A stretch of 64,000 nucleotides of DNA, taken from Deinococcales bacterium. Its GTDB lineage: Bacteria > Deinococcota > Deinococci > Deinococcales > JAAFIG01. Below the pieces are notes generated by a model. That model worked only from the letters and a program-made list of their open reading frames with translations. It did not search any database and had not been told where the DNA came from. The DNA lies in assembly GCA_031414595.1 (NCBI GenBank), contig JANNVX010000004.1:17047-81046 (forward strand). The letters are read 5' to 3'. How positions within the stretch are numbered: position 1 is the first letter of the stretch; each line of letters begins with the position of its first letter. Positions 10,330-19,870 of the stretch are shown here, one piece after another. Both the position numbers and the translations under genes were made by a program.

Positions 10330-11286
10330 ATGTTCACAAAGTATGCCAATTTTGAAACCGCCCAAGCCCATGCCAAACAGAACGGTACTCGAGAACGTGT
10401 GGTGTGTTACATCACCAGAGGACTCGAGTTACTGGTTTTTCTTCACGAAGCCAAGTACCCAACGGCTGGAATTCAAGTTCCAGCCGGCGGACTCGAGGCA
10501 GGGGAGAGCATTTTTGAAGCTGCTATCAGGGAAGCCTTTGAAGAGACTGGTTTACAGAACCTCGAGATTAAAACACACCTTGGTTCTGGACTGTACAAAA
10601 ATGGCAAAAGGCACGAAATTTGGCATTTTGTCTGGCTAACGCTAGGGCAGGGCGAGGCATACTGTCTTGACCCTAAAGATGCACCTGTCGGGCTGGGTCG
10701 CCTCGCCCCTACGGTGAATGAATGGCAACATTTTGCTGAAAATAAATACACTTTTTACTGCCGTTTTGAACTGCTCGAGAATGTGGTTTTGCATTACGAT
10801 ATGGATGCTATGCTGCCCGAACTAGCACAGCGGCTTGGACTCGAGTTGCAAAGTCGGCAAACAAAGCCTCGCTCTGTTGCGATTTGTTACATCACACGCG
10901 GTTCGGAAATCCTGACTTTTAGCGGACATCCAGACGGCGGTATTGGCATACCTGCTGGTGGCATTGAAGACGGCGAAACGCCATTAGAAGCTGCCATGCG
11001 TGAAATTCTTGAGGAGAGCGGGCTGAGTCTCGAGAATCCGATTTACCTTGGACGGCAAGATTATTATTTTAAGGGGCAGCACCCAGAAAATGGTACGCCG
11101 CTCGAGTTTCTTGAGGACAGGTATTACTATTGGTTTAAGACACTCGAGCCGAGGGATTCTTGGGAGTGGGTTGTGTCGGATGGTGTTGGCGATAAGGGCA
11201 AGGTTTTTAAGCATTCGTTTGTGCCGCTCGAGGAAGCAAAGATTGATTGGGAAATGGATGAGTTTATGGGAGAACTTAAGCAGTAG
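10330..11286 (+). CDS. Tandem two-domain Nudix hydrolase
   Basis: Two Nudix boxes, GGLEAGESIFEAAIREAFEETGL and GGIEDGETPLEAAMREILEESGL; RBS GAGGTG before ATG 10330. Confidence 0.9.
   Translation: MFTKYANFETAQAHAKQNGTRERVVCYITRGLELLVFLHEAKYPTAGIQVPAGGLEAGESIFEAAIREAFEETGLQNLEIKTHLGSGLYKNGKRHEIWHFVWLTLGQGEAYCLDPKDAPVGLGRLAPTVNEWQHFAENKYTFYCRFELLENVVLHYDMDAMLPELAQRLGLELQSRQTKPRSVAICYITRGSEILTFSGHPDGGIGIPAGGIEDGETPLEAAMREILEESGLSLENPIYLGRQDYYFKGQHPENGTPLEFLEDRYYYWFKTLEPRDSWEWVVSDGVGDKGKVFKHSFVPLEEAKIDWEMDEFMGELKQ
10649..10712 (-). repeat. GTAG-type REP palindrome, in-frame in the Nudix gene, with a nested ~39-bp insert
   Basis: Reverse strand reads GTAGGGGCGAGG[insert]TATGCCTCGCCCT. Confidence 0.85.
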
Positions 11287-11327
11287 CCCAACTAGCCAAA
11301 GCCTCAAGTATCGAGAAAAAAGGATGT

Positions 11328-11774
11328 ATGAACCAAAATTTGATCATCACAGATGAATTTTCGAATCCAGATTCCGAAATGGAATACCTAAGTGATTATC
11401 CTTTAGATGCCAAAGCTCGAGCCAATGCCGAACAGTGCTGGCAATGCGGTGGTTGCTCGTATTTTTCACCATTTACTACAAGTTATGGTTTGTGTCACAA
11501 CCAAAATTCAAGGCATTATCTCGAAACTGTTTTTGAGCATTTTACCTGTGCTGTTATTGATATTGAATCGTGGGAATACCATAGTTTTGGTGCTGGAGAA
11601 ATCACAACTGAAATTCCAGAAAATGAATTGGATGCAAATGTTTGGGAAGCTGCCAAAAATGCGGTGCTTGCGTTGAAATCACATTATCCAGATGGTGAAT
11701 CACATGATGCTGTTAAACTGGTTTATAGAGTTTTAGACAACAAAGTCAAATTTGTTCTTGAAAAGAAATTCTAG
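11328..11774 (+). CDS. Cys-rich DUF3027-like protein
   Basis: QCGGCSYF...YGLC.N..S......FEHFTC pattern. Confidence 0.6.
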   Translation: MNQNLIITDEFSNPDSEMEYLSDYPLDAKARANAEQCWQCGGCSYFSPFTTSYGLCHNQNSRHYLETVFEHFTCAVIDIESWEYHSFGAGEITTEIPENELDANVWEAAKNAVLALKSHYPDGESHDAVKLVYRVLDNKVKFVLEKKF

Positions 11775-11814
11775 AGCCAAAGCATCAGGCTCGAGCCTCG
11801 AGAAAGAAGGAATC

Positions 11815-13743
11815 ATGAACCAAATTTCTATTGACAAAGCCGCCACAATTATGGGTGTTTCCTCTGCGACCATCAGAAATTGGGTCAAAGCTGGACTGAT
11901 AGAGCCTATCAATGCGCGTCCTATCGCTTTTTCCGAAGAAAGTGTGGCGCTCTTAAAAAATCAAGTCTCGAGTGGTGCGCTACAAAAATTACAAACCAGA
12001 GCCAATAAAGCCCAATCGAAAAATGATTTTATTCCGCTCGAGTACAATTCAAATTCTGGTTTTATCAGTATCTTAAACACCATTTTAGAACAATTTAAGA
12101 ACCATTCTTTAGCCATTGAACCGCTTTTATTTTTAGCTGCTCTTTGTTGTCTCGAGCAGAATAGCGAACTCAAACGCCCAATTCAATCAGATGTTTTTGA
12201 TTTGACCCAAGCAGAATTTACTCGAGTTTTGGTTAGACAAGAAATACTTGGCTGGCGAACTTCTCTGGGGGAAATAACCCATAAGGAACGTTACAAGGAT
12301 ATTTATGACTTACTTTTTACCAAAGACACAGAAGATTTACTGGGGATTTTATACCAGTCTTTACGCAGCGAAGGCAATAAATCGAATTTGGGTTCGTATT
12401 ACACCCCAACGCATTTGGTGCAAGATGCCTTACAATCTGTTCGGCTCGAGACGGTCAGTAATTTCCTAGACCCTTGTTGTGGCACTGGAAAATATTTAAT
12501 CGAGGCAGCAAAAACTTTTTCTTTGCCACCAGAATCTATTTATGGTTTTGATATTGACCAATTGGCTGTACAGATAGCCCGTGTCAATCTGCTGATGCAC
12601 TATAAAAAAGCAGAATTTTCCCCCAATATTTTTTGTCTGGATGCACTTTCTGACTTAGCCAATGGAGACTTTTTTTGCACCACAAATCACCTGATGGGGT
12701 TTTTTGATTTGATTGCCACCAATCCACCTTGGGGAGCGTATAAAAACTCGAGTATTCCAGTTCAGTTTCAGAATGTCCTCGAGTCCAGCGAAACCTATTC
12801 GATGTTTATTCTCAAATCCATGCAATTGCTGAAAAAAAGTGGAGCGCTTTCTTTTATTTTGCCTGAATCTATTCTAAAAATCCGAACTCACAGCGACATT
12901 CGAGAATTTATTGTTAAAAACAGTACAATGATAAAAATAATTCAACTCGGACGACAATTTAGTGGGGTTTTTACACCAGTTGTTCGCTTAGATTTGAAAA
13001 ATGAAATCCCAAACAACAATATGCTTGAACTGCATGACGAAAATAAATTGGTTACTCGAGTTGGTCAAAACAGATTTCTATACAATACCGATTATATTTT
13101 TGATACTCGAGTAGATGATACCGTAGAAGCCTTAATTCAAAAAATTTATGCAAAACCGCATTTGACTTTACAGGGTCATTCAGAGTGGGCGCTTGGGATT
13201 GTCACAGGCGATAACACTAAGTATTTACTCGAGCAGCCAACTCCCACTGCCGAAGCCATTTATAGAGGCATGGATATTAGCCCTTTTTACTTAACTGCTG
13301 CAAAAACATTTATCGAATTTACGCCAAGCCAGTTCCAACAAGTCGCTCCAGAACGGTTTTTTAGAGCAGATGAAAAACTGATTTACAAATTTATTTCAAA
13401 GAAATTGGTTTTTGCATTCGATGATACCCAAGCCCTAACGCTAAACAGCGCCAATATCCTGATTCCAAAATTGCCGAACATGAGCATCAAAGTTACAATG
13501 GCATTTTTGAACTCGAGTGTATTTCAGTTCTTATTTACCAAAAAATTCGCCACCCATAAGGTGCTGCGTGGAGACCTTGAAAAATTACCATTCCCGAATC
13601 TCGAGCCAGATGTCCACAATCAACTCGAGCAGCTTTTAGATAATGTGCTGGAAACAAAAATAGTGAGCGCAGAAATAGACAATTTGATATTTCAGATTTT
13701 TGAACTCACCCAAGAAGAAATAGATTTGATAGAGGGGACATAA
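11815..13743 (+). CDS. Gamma-class N6-adenine DNA methyltransferase with N-terminal HTH and TaqI_C-like target recognition domain
   Basis: GSYYTP, FLDPCCGTG, NPPW; N-terminal AATIMGVSSATIRNW HTH; C-terminal LGIVTGDN...FLNSS. Confidence 0.9.
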   Translation: MNQISIDKAATIMGVSSATIRNWVKAGLIEPINARPIAFSEESVALLKNQVSSGALQKLQTRANKAQSKNDFIPLEYNSNSGFISILNTILEQFKNHSLAIEPLLFLAALCCLEQNSELKRPIQSDVFDLTQAEFTRVLVRQEILGWRTSLGEITHKERYKDIYDLLFTKDTEDLLGILYQSLRSEGNKSNLGSYYTPTHLVQDALQSVRLETVSNFLDPCCGTGKYLIEAAKTFSLPPESIYGFDIDQLAVQIARVNLLMHYKKAEFSPNIFCLDALSDLANGDFFCTTNHLMGFFDLIATNPPWGAYKNSSIPVQFQNVLESSETYSMFILKSMQLLKKSGALSFILPESILKIRTHSDIREFIVKNSTMIKIIQLGRQFSGVFTPVVRLDLKNEIPNNNMLELHDENKLVTRVGQNRFLYNTDYIFDTRVDDTVEALIQKIYAKPHLTLQGHSEWALGIVTGDNTKYLLEQPTPTAEAIYRGMDISPFYLTAAKTFIEFTPSQFQQVAPERFFRADEKLIYKFISKKLVFAFDDTQALTLNSANILIPKLPNMSIKVTMAFLNSSVFQFLFTKKFATHKVLRGDLEKLPFPNLEPDVHNQLEQLLDNVLETKIVSAEIDNLIFQIFELTQEEIDLIEGT

Positions 13744-14483
13744 TGGAAATCTTAAAACAACATTTAGACAATTTACTCGAGCAATTAGAGCAAGAAAAAC
13801 GCGAAGAAATCATGCAGCGATTAGATGATTTACTTTCGGTCTACCCTTTTAACGAATTTGAATTTTTAATCGCAACACTGATGGGAAATAACAAAATTTT
13901 ATTAAACGATTACTACGATCTACGCGACGAATACTTAGCTCGGAATATGTACTTGCATCTTTTTGAAATGACTTCACCCCGAGGATTTGGAGAAAGTTGG
14001 GCGCAAGGTCACTTAAAAGAAATCGTTCCAGAACTGGTTAAGCCTACTCAGAAATTAGACTCGAGCTATTCAGGACAATACGATTTTCTACTCGGCGACA
14101 TCAAAATCGAAGTGAAAGCCTCTCGAGCCGTAGATTTTAATAGCCAAGAAGCACTGTATGTCAAAGCCCTAGCCTCGAGTTCAGGAAAACGCTTCGATAT
14201 GAACTTCCAGCAAGTCAAACCCGCTTGTGCCGATGTTTTTATTTGGATTGGCGTTTGGCGAGATGTGATTCGGTACTGGGTACTGGCATCCAACGAAATT
14301 GCAAACAACAAGTATTACTCGACTGGTCAACACCGAGGTAACACAGGCGAAGGGCAAATACACCTCAAAGACGATAATATCAGTAGTTTCGCAGCTTTTG
14401 AAACCAGCCCAAGGGATTTACTCGAGAAAATAAGGAAAGCCCATCGGAGGCAACATCAAAAAACTCGAGGACGGAGAAAATAG
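13743..14483 (+). CDS. Putative type II restriction endonuclease (PD-(D/E)xK)
   Basis: YD....IEVKAS and FQQVKP motifs; translationally coupled to the methyltransferase (TAATG). Confidence 0.75.
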   Translation: MEILKQHLDNLLEQLEQEKREEIMQRLDDLLSVYPFNEFEFLIATLMGNNKILLNDYYDLRDEYLARNMYLHLFEMTSPRGFGESWAQGHLKEIVPELVKPTQKLDSSYSGQYDFLLGDIKIEVKASRAVDFNSQEALYVKALASSSGKRFDMNFQQVKPACADVFIWIGVWRDVIRYWVLASNEIANNKYYSTGQHRGNTGEGQIHLKDDNISSFAAFETSPRDLLEKIRKAHRRQHQKTRGRRK

Positions 14484-14595
14484 TAGTAAAAATACACAGT
14501 GCCGAGCGCAGTGCCAAGGCTTAGGTTTCTCGAGGAAAGGATTTATGAATAATTTCGACCCAACCATCAAACCAAATTGTCAAAAAATACCCTCT

Positions 14596-14719
14596 CACAG
14601 GGCGACCACAAGCGACCATGCCCGTAAGGTGCGTGTTTATGGTCAAGATAGGGTCGCCCTGTGGTTGGATTGCAAATTTGTGTCCAACCGTAGGGGAGGG
14701 TCTTGTACTCTCCCTGACC
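14596..14719. repeat. REP cluster: CACAGGGCGACC..GGTCGCCCTGTG with nested ~39-bp insert, plus GTAGGGGAGGG..CTCTCCCT
   Basis: 12-bp inverted repeat 14596-14663; GTAG-tagged hairpin 14690-14715. Confidence 0.8.
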
Positions 14720-14765
14720 AGCCAAAGCCCCAAGCTCGAGCCTCGAGAAAACTAAGGATAAAGAA

Positions 14766-15539
14766 ATGAATTTGAAAAAAGCTAGAAAACATTTGAAAGA
14801 ATGGGCAGAACAAGGCTCTGGTTATGTGCAAAAACTTCATTTGGAAAACATTGATGAAGTGAGTGACTTACTATGTTTCGTAGCTGGATACTGCTTTGAA
14901 CTTTCTCGAGAAAAATTTTACGACATAAAACCTAAATCAAATTGGCACTGGAGAATCAATCATAAGAGAACAATATCTCACGGAACTGTATATTGGGATG
15001 AACTATTGATAGATGTGGTTGATGCTGAAAACTATGAACCCCAATATCAGTTTCTTTTAGGTATATATTTTTTATTGCAGAGTAGTGCAATCTATTCAAG
15101 TTCACTTTATCAGATTTGGCTAGGGGGCGAAGAATTTCAGACAATGGTGATTGAAGATGAAGTCCCGATAGCGATTCTGCCGCCAGACTCGCAAAAAATA
15201 ATTTATTGGTATGAAACTGATTTCGCTGAAAGTGATTTTTCCCCTGAATTCATGCCTGCACCAAATATGTTTGCCCGAATTTATTGGCAGGATTTTTTAA
15301 GAAAAAAGTATCCAAAAAAATCTACTTGTTTTGATTGCGGTTCAGACAATGCGACTCATGCACATCATGATGGCAAAGAAGTATCTGAACTTGCAAAAGA
15401 GGGGATTTGGCATCGTCCAGATGAACACAAAGTAGTAATGCTTTGTGCAGAATGTCATGTAAAACGTCACGAAGGTACGAAATCAGCAAATTTCTTAAAA
15501 GTATTTACTGTTGGTCGTCAAAAAAGGAAACAACCATGA
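14766..15539 (+). CDS. Protein with C-terminal zinc-binding HNH endonuclease domain
   Basis: CFDC...HAHH...LCAECHVKRH; stop overlaps the valS ATG. Confidence 0.7.
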   Translation: MNLKKARKHLKEWAEQGSGYVQKLHLENIDEVSDLLCFVAGYCFELSREKFYDIKPKSNWHWRINHKRTISHGTVYWDELLIDVVDAENYEPQYQFLLGIYFLLQSSAIYSSSLYQIWLGGEEFQTMVIEDEVPIAILPPDSQKIIYWYETDFAESDFSPEFMPAPNMFARIYWQDFLRKKYPKKSTCFDCGSDNATHAHHDGKEVSELAKEGIWHRPDEHKVVMLCAECHVKRHEGTKSANFLKVFTVGRQKRKQP

Positions 15540-18169
15540 ATGAATTACCCGCCAAATACGAACCATCGTCTGTCGAATCTTCTTGGTCTGAACTCTGGGC
15601 TAAACCTGGTACGTTTCGTGCCGATGCTACCTCGAGCAAACCTGCTTTTACCATTGTTATCCCACCGCCTAATGTAACGGGTAGCCTCCACCTTGGTCAT
15701 GCGCTCGATAACACAATTATTGATGTCCTGACCCGCTTTAAGCGCATGGCGGGCTTCGAGGCGCTGTATTTGCCGGGGACTGACCATGCGGGAATCAGTA
15801 CCCAAGTGCTGGTCGAAAAAGAACTTGCCCTCGAGGGGCTGCACAAAAACGACCTCGGGCGCGAGAAATTCCTCGAGCGAGTCTGGGCATTCAAAGAAAA
15901 AAATGGCGGCACGATTCTCAAGCAACTGACCCGCCTTGGTATCTCTGCCGATTGGTCTCGAGAACGTTTTACCATGGATGCTGGGCTTTCCAAAGCCGTG
16001 CGACGTACTTTTGTCGAATACGTAGCGAAGGGCATGGCGTACCGTGGCGAGAAAATTGTCAATTGGGACCCTGTTGCCCAAACCGTTCTGTCTGACCTCG
16101 AAGTTGACCGTGAGGATCGTCAGGGCAAAATGTACACTTTATCCTACGCCCTCGAGGATGGAAATGGCGTAATCAACGTGGCAACTGTCCGTCCTGAAAC
16201 GATTTTTGCTGACCAAGCCGTGGCGGTTCATCCCGATGATGCGCGGTTCTCGAGCCTTGTTGGGCAAAATGTGCGGATTCCGCTAACCGATAGGCTGATT
16301 CCAATTATTGCTGACTCGAGTGTTGAAATGGATTTTGGAACGGGTTGTCTTAAAATCACCCCAGCCCACGACCCAACCGATTTTGAAATTGGTTTGCGCC
16401 ACAACTTAGCCACGCCCAGTGTGATTGATAAATTTGCCAAACTGACTTCCGACCTTGTGCCAGAAGAATTTAGGGGTATCGAGCGTTTCGCTGCCCGTAA
16501 AGCTGTGGTCAAGGCACTCGAGGCATCAGGCGCACTGCTCGAGGCAAAAGATTATAAAGTCAGTATTGGCATTTCGGAGCGCACCAAAGAACCAATTGAG
16601 CCAATGGTCATGACCCAGTGGTGGTGCAAAATGGATAAGCCCGCCAAGCAAGTTCTCGAGGCACTGGAAGATGGCAGAATAAAAACTGTGCCTGAGCGCT
16701 ACACCAAGGTCAATCGTGATTGGCTCGAGAATATCCGTGAATGGGCGATTGGGCGGCAACTCTGGTGGGGGCATCAAATTCCAGCTTGGTACGATGCGGA
16801 TGGTAAAATCTATGTGCCAGACCTCGAGAATCCTGATTTGGATTGTGACCAAGACCCTCGTTACGCGCATCTGAATCTGACTCGAGACCCTGATGTTTTC
16901 GATACGTGGTTTTCGAGCGCACTCTGGAATTTTAGTACCATGGGCTACCCTGACCAAACCGAGGATTTAGCCAAGTTCTACCCGAATAGTGTGCTGGTGA
17001 CAGGTTATGACATCCTGTTTTTCTGGGTAGCACGGATGCAAATGGCGGGCTTTGAATTTACGGGTCAAGCGCCGTTTCATACGGTCATGCTGCATGGTTT
17101 GTACTTGGATGCCAAGGGTCAGAAGATGAGTAAATCCAAGAATAATGGCATTGACCCACTCGAGTTAATGGATAAGTACGGCGTGGATGGTTGTCGTTTT
17201 GCATGGGCGTATTTGTCTACGGGTGGGCAGGACATCAAGCACGATGAACGCCGTTACGAAATGGGACGAAATTTTTCCAATAAACTCTGGAATGCGTCGC
17301 GTTTTGCAATGATGAATCTCGAGCTTGGGCATTCGGAAATGGGCATGAGCTTAGGCGCTGCGCCAGCCAGTTTTGGTGCGACCCTGGCGGATGCTTGGAT
17401 TGTCTCGAGGCTGTCCGAAACCATTGCAACTGCCACGGCACAACTCGAGGCGTATGACCTTGGCGCTTCAATTCGGACCATTTACAGTTTTACTTGGGAT
17501 GATTTTTGTGATTGGTACATCGAAGCGGCTAAACCAGCTTTGAAAGCACAAAATCCTGTTACCCAAACCACGATTAAACGGGTTCTCGAGGCGATTCTGA
17601 AATTGCTTCATCCGTTCATGCCATTTATCACTTCAGAAATTTATGCAGCATTAAACCCTAAGCATGGACAATTGGCGTTTGAACCTTTTCCTCGAGCCGA
17701 TGAATTTGCGGTGGATACAGCTTCACTCGAGGAATTCGAGAAAGTCAAAAATGCAATTACGGCTGTGCGGGTCTTGCGGAATGAATTGATGATTCCGCCA
17801 ATGCAGATGCTGACCGTGGCTGTGGACGGGGTGAACTCTGGTGCAGTAGCCAAGAACCTCGAGACGTTTACTGGACTTGCCAAAGCCGAACTGGGCGAGG
17901 TGAGCGGCAAAATTATTAACTCGGTCGCGCCTGGACTCGAGGTGCTACTAGCACTCGAGGGGCTGATAGATACTACCGAATACGTGGCTCGGGGCAAGAA
18001 AAAAGTGGTTGAACTCGAGAAGCAAGTGGCACAAGCCAAAGGTAAGTTAAGCAATGAGAATTTCTTTAAGAATGCCCCACAAGAAGTTCTGCTCGAGGAA
18101 CAAAGGCGGATAGAGGATTTTGGAATGCAGTTAGAGCGCTTGCAAAAAGTTTTGGCGCAATTTGCTTAA
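15536..18169 (+). CDS. valS: Valine--tRNA ligase
   Basis: PPPNVTGSLHLGH, DHAGISTQ, RQLWWGHQIP, KMSKS motifs and C-terminal coiled arm. Confidence 0.98.
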   Translation: MNELPAKYEPSSVESSWSELWAKPGTFRADATSSKPAFTIVIPPPNVTGSLHLGHALDNTIIDVLTRFKRMAGFEALYLPGTDHAGISTQVLVEKELALEGLHKNDLGREKFLERVWAFKEKNGGTILKQLTRLGISADWSRERFTMDAGLSKAVRRTFVEYVAKGMAYRGEKIVNWDPVAQTVLSDLEVDREDRQGKMYTLSYALEDGNGVINVATVRPETIFADQAVAVHPDDARFSSLVGQNVRIPLTDRLIPIIADSSVEMDFGTGCLKITPAHDPTDFEIGLRHNLATPSVIDKFAKLTSDLVPEEFRGIERFAARKAVVKALEASGALLEAKDYKVSIGISERTKEPIEPMVMTQWWCKMDKPAKQVLEALEDGRIKTVPERYTKVNRDWLENIREWAIGRQLWWGHQIPAWYDADGKIYVPDLENPDLDCDQDPRYAHLNLTRDPDVFDTWFSSALWNFSTMGYPDQTEDLAKFYPNSVLVTGYDILFFWVARMQMAGFEFTGQAPFHTVMLHGLYLDAKGQKMSKSKNNGIDPLELMDKYGVDGCRFAWAYLSTGGQDIKHDERRYEMGRNFSNKLWNASRFAMMNLELGHSEMGMSLGAAPASFGATLADAWIVSRLSETIATATAQLEAYDLGASIRTIYSFTWDDFCDWYIEAAKPALKAQNPVTQTTIKRVLEAILKLLHPFMPFITSEIYAALNPKHGQLAFEPFPRADEFAVDTASLEEFEKVKNAITAVRVLRNELMIPPMQMLTVAVDGVNSGAVAKNLETFTGLAKAELGEVSGKIINSVAPGLEVLLALEGLIDTTEYVARGKKKVVELEKQVAQAKGKLSNENFFKNAPQEVLLEEQRRIEDFGMQLERLQKVLAQFA

Positions 18170-18175
18170 AAGAAT

Positions 18176-18217
18176 TTACCTCACGCACTATCTAAAATTA
18201 GGTGCGTGAGGTAAAAA
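18176..18217 (+). terminator. Hairpin after valS
   Basis: TTACCTCACGCAC / GTGCGTGAGGTAA inverted repeat. Confidence 0.75.
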
Positions 18218-18276
18218 TCAATTGGGATAAAACTTAACTCAAAAAGCAAGTGATTAGATTTAGAGGAAAACAAAAC

Positions 18277-19299
18277 ATGATACTGAGTGGACGTTACCTT
18301 GGTGAAATTATTGATGCTTTTGGCACTATCGCCGAACGCGCCGAACTTCGTGCCAAAATTGGATTTACGGATTTACATCGTGTCCTTGAAGATTTTTTCA
18401 TGAATATCCTAAATGAATTGGATAACCTGAGTCTGACAAATACCAATAGAGAAGCTGCTAATAGTGCTGGAATAGATCTGTACGATGCCAATTCAAAAAT
18501 CGGTATTCAAATCACAACGGTTAGTAGTTCGGACAAAATAAATAATACTCTACGTGTGGTTCACGAACAAAATAATACTCTCAAAAGTTCTAATGTCGAA
18601 GCGTTGTACGTGTTAATTATTGGCAAAAAACAAGGCTCATATAAACTAGATTCTACGCTGTGTGAGGCGCTTGATTTCAATGAAAAAGACAATATTTGGG
18701 ATATTGTTACATTGTCCCGAAAACTTATTGGAATTAAACCTGATGTACTTGAGAGCATTTATAAGTTTGTCATGCGTGAACTTACTCGAGTAAGAATAGA
18801 ACTTGAATTACCTGACTCTAATGGCGAATTTCCCACCGATTTAGGGCAATACATGGAAGTAAGCCCATCAAATGAATTAGGAGAATGTAAGAAGCTCAAA
18901 GAATTCTGCACTGCTAATGGGTGGGACAATGGTTTTGAAGAGGCTATTTCTGAGCTAAGACTTTACTTTCAAAAATTAAGCTCATTGCCAAGAATTACCC
19001 GACAAGTGCTTGGTGAAATTATTGATAATCGTGAACCTAATCAATCCAAAATATATGTTATTTGGGAAAAATTTCGACGAATTTGTACATATCCTGAACT
19101 TGATACGGAATTTAACATTCTTGTATACGACAATTATCTTACACGAAACATTCATGAAGAGGAACGAATTATCACAGTTCACGTTAAGGGTGATGGGGAT
19201 AGGATTCTAGGGTATCTTGAGCCTTTCCTACAGCGGGAAAGTAAAACTTTCAATAAATTATTTTCAACTTTTGATTTCTCAATCTTTGAGAACCCATAA
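18277..19299 (+). CDS. SMEK domain-containing protein (defence-associated nuclease-like fold)
   Basis: D.H...EDFF..ILN.....L.N.N......IDL.D......QIT.....KI..T pattern; AT-rich. Confidence 0.75.
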   Translation: MILSGRYLGEIIDAFGTIAERAELRAKIGFTDLHRVLEDFFMNILNELDNLSLTNTNREAANSAGIDLYDANSKIGIQITTVSSSDKINNTLRVVHEQNNTLKSSNVEALYVLIIGKKQGSYKLDSTLCEALDFNEKDNIWDIVTLSRKLIGIKPDVLESIYKFVMRELTRVRIELELPDSNGEFPTDLGQYMEVSPSNELGECKKLKEFCTANGWDNGFEEAISELRLYFQKLSSLPRITRQVLGEIIDNREPNQSKIYVIWEKFRRICTYPELDTEFNILVYDNYLTRNIHEEERIITVHVKGDGDRILGYLEPFLQRESKTFNKLFSTFDFSIFENP

Positions 19300-19450
19300 A
19301 TTCTGTTACTAATTTTCAAATGTATAGTTTCGCATTTCGCATAATTTCACGTTTTTGCACGTCCGTTAGAACAACATTTTTTATGCGAAAAATCCCTCAT
19401 TTACTTCATAAATTGCAATTCACTTATTTCACTTGTGCTATACTCGAGCT

Positions 19451-19870
19451 ATGCGACCGATTGTTCTGTCTGCCCAAGCCGCCCAGACTGCTCGAGAAGT
19501 TGGGCAACAACTCCTATCCGGACAACTCGCTTTTCACTCGAGCAATGGCGAAGTTACGTTATTGCCACAAGAAACCTTGCGTGTTTTCCAAGAAGTTCTC
19601 GAGCAATTGGGGCAAGAACGCTCTGTGGTGGTTTTACCGCTTGATACAGAACTTAGTACCTTTGAAGCTGCCGATGTGCTGAATGTCTCACGTCCCTTTG
19701 TGACCAAACTACTCGAGCGCGGCGAAATGCCGTTTCGGATGGTTGGGGCGCACCATCGGGTACTACTGGCGGATGTGTTGAAATACCAATCTGAGCAACG
19801 TCAGCGCAGTCTAATTGCGATGCAGGAATTAGCCGAACTCTCACAAGAACTTGGGTTGTACGATTCGTGA
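19451..19870 (+). CDS. Excisionase-like HTH antitoxin/regulator
   Basis: ELSTFEAADVLNVSRPFVTKLLERGEMPFRMVGAHHRV; TG-x-TATACT 6 nt before ATG. Confidence 0.85.
   Translation: MRPIVLSAQAAQTAREVGQQLLSGQLAFHSSNGEVTLLPQETLRVFQEVLEQLGQERSVVVLPLDTELSTFEAADVLNVSRPFVTKLLERGEMPFRMVGAHHRVLLADVLKYQSEQRQRSLIAMQELAELSQELGLYDS

Noticed and set aside
14545-14769. 74-aa ORF MNNFDPTIK.. as a real gene or RAYT remnant
   Set aside because: Mostly translated REP DNA; the resemblance to a RAYT N-terminus is only a few residues
11294-14771. Classical integron or CRISPR array
   Set aside because: No intI or cas genes, no attC-type RYYYAAC/GTTRRRY palindromes, and no regular repeat-spacer period
19451-19870. Prophage/ICE excisionase
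   Set aside because: Coupled to a PIN gene as in HTH-PIN TA pairs; no integrase or phage genes nearby
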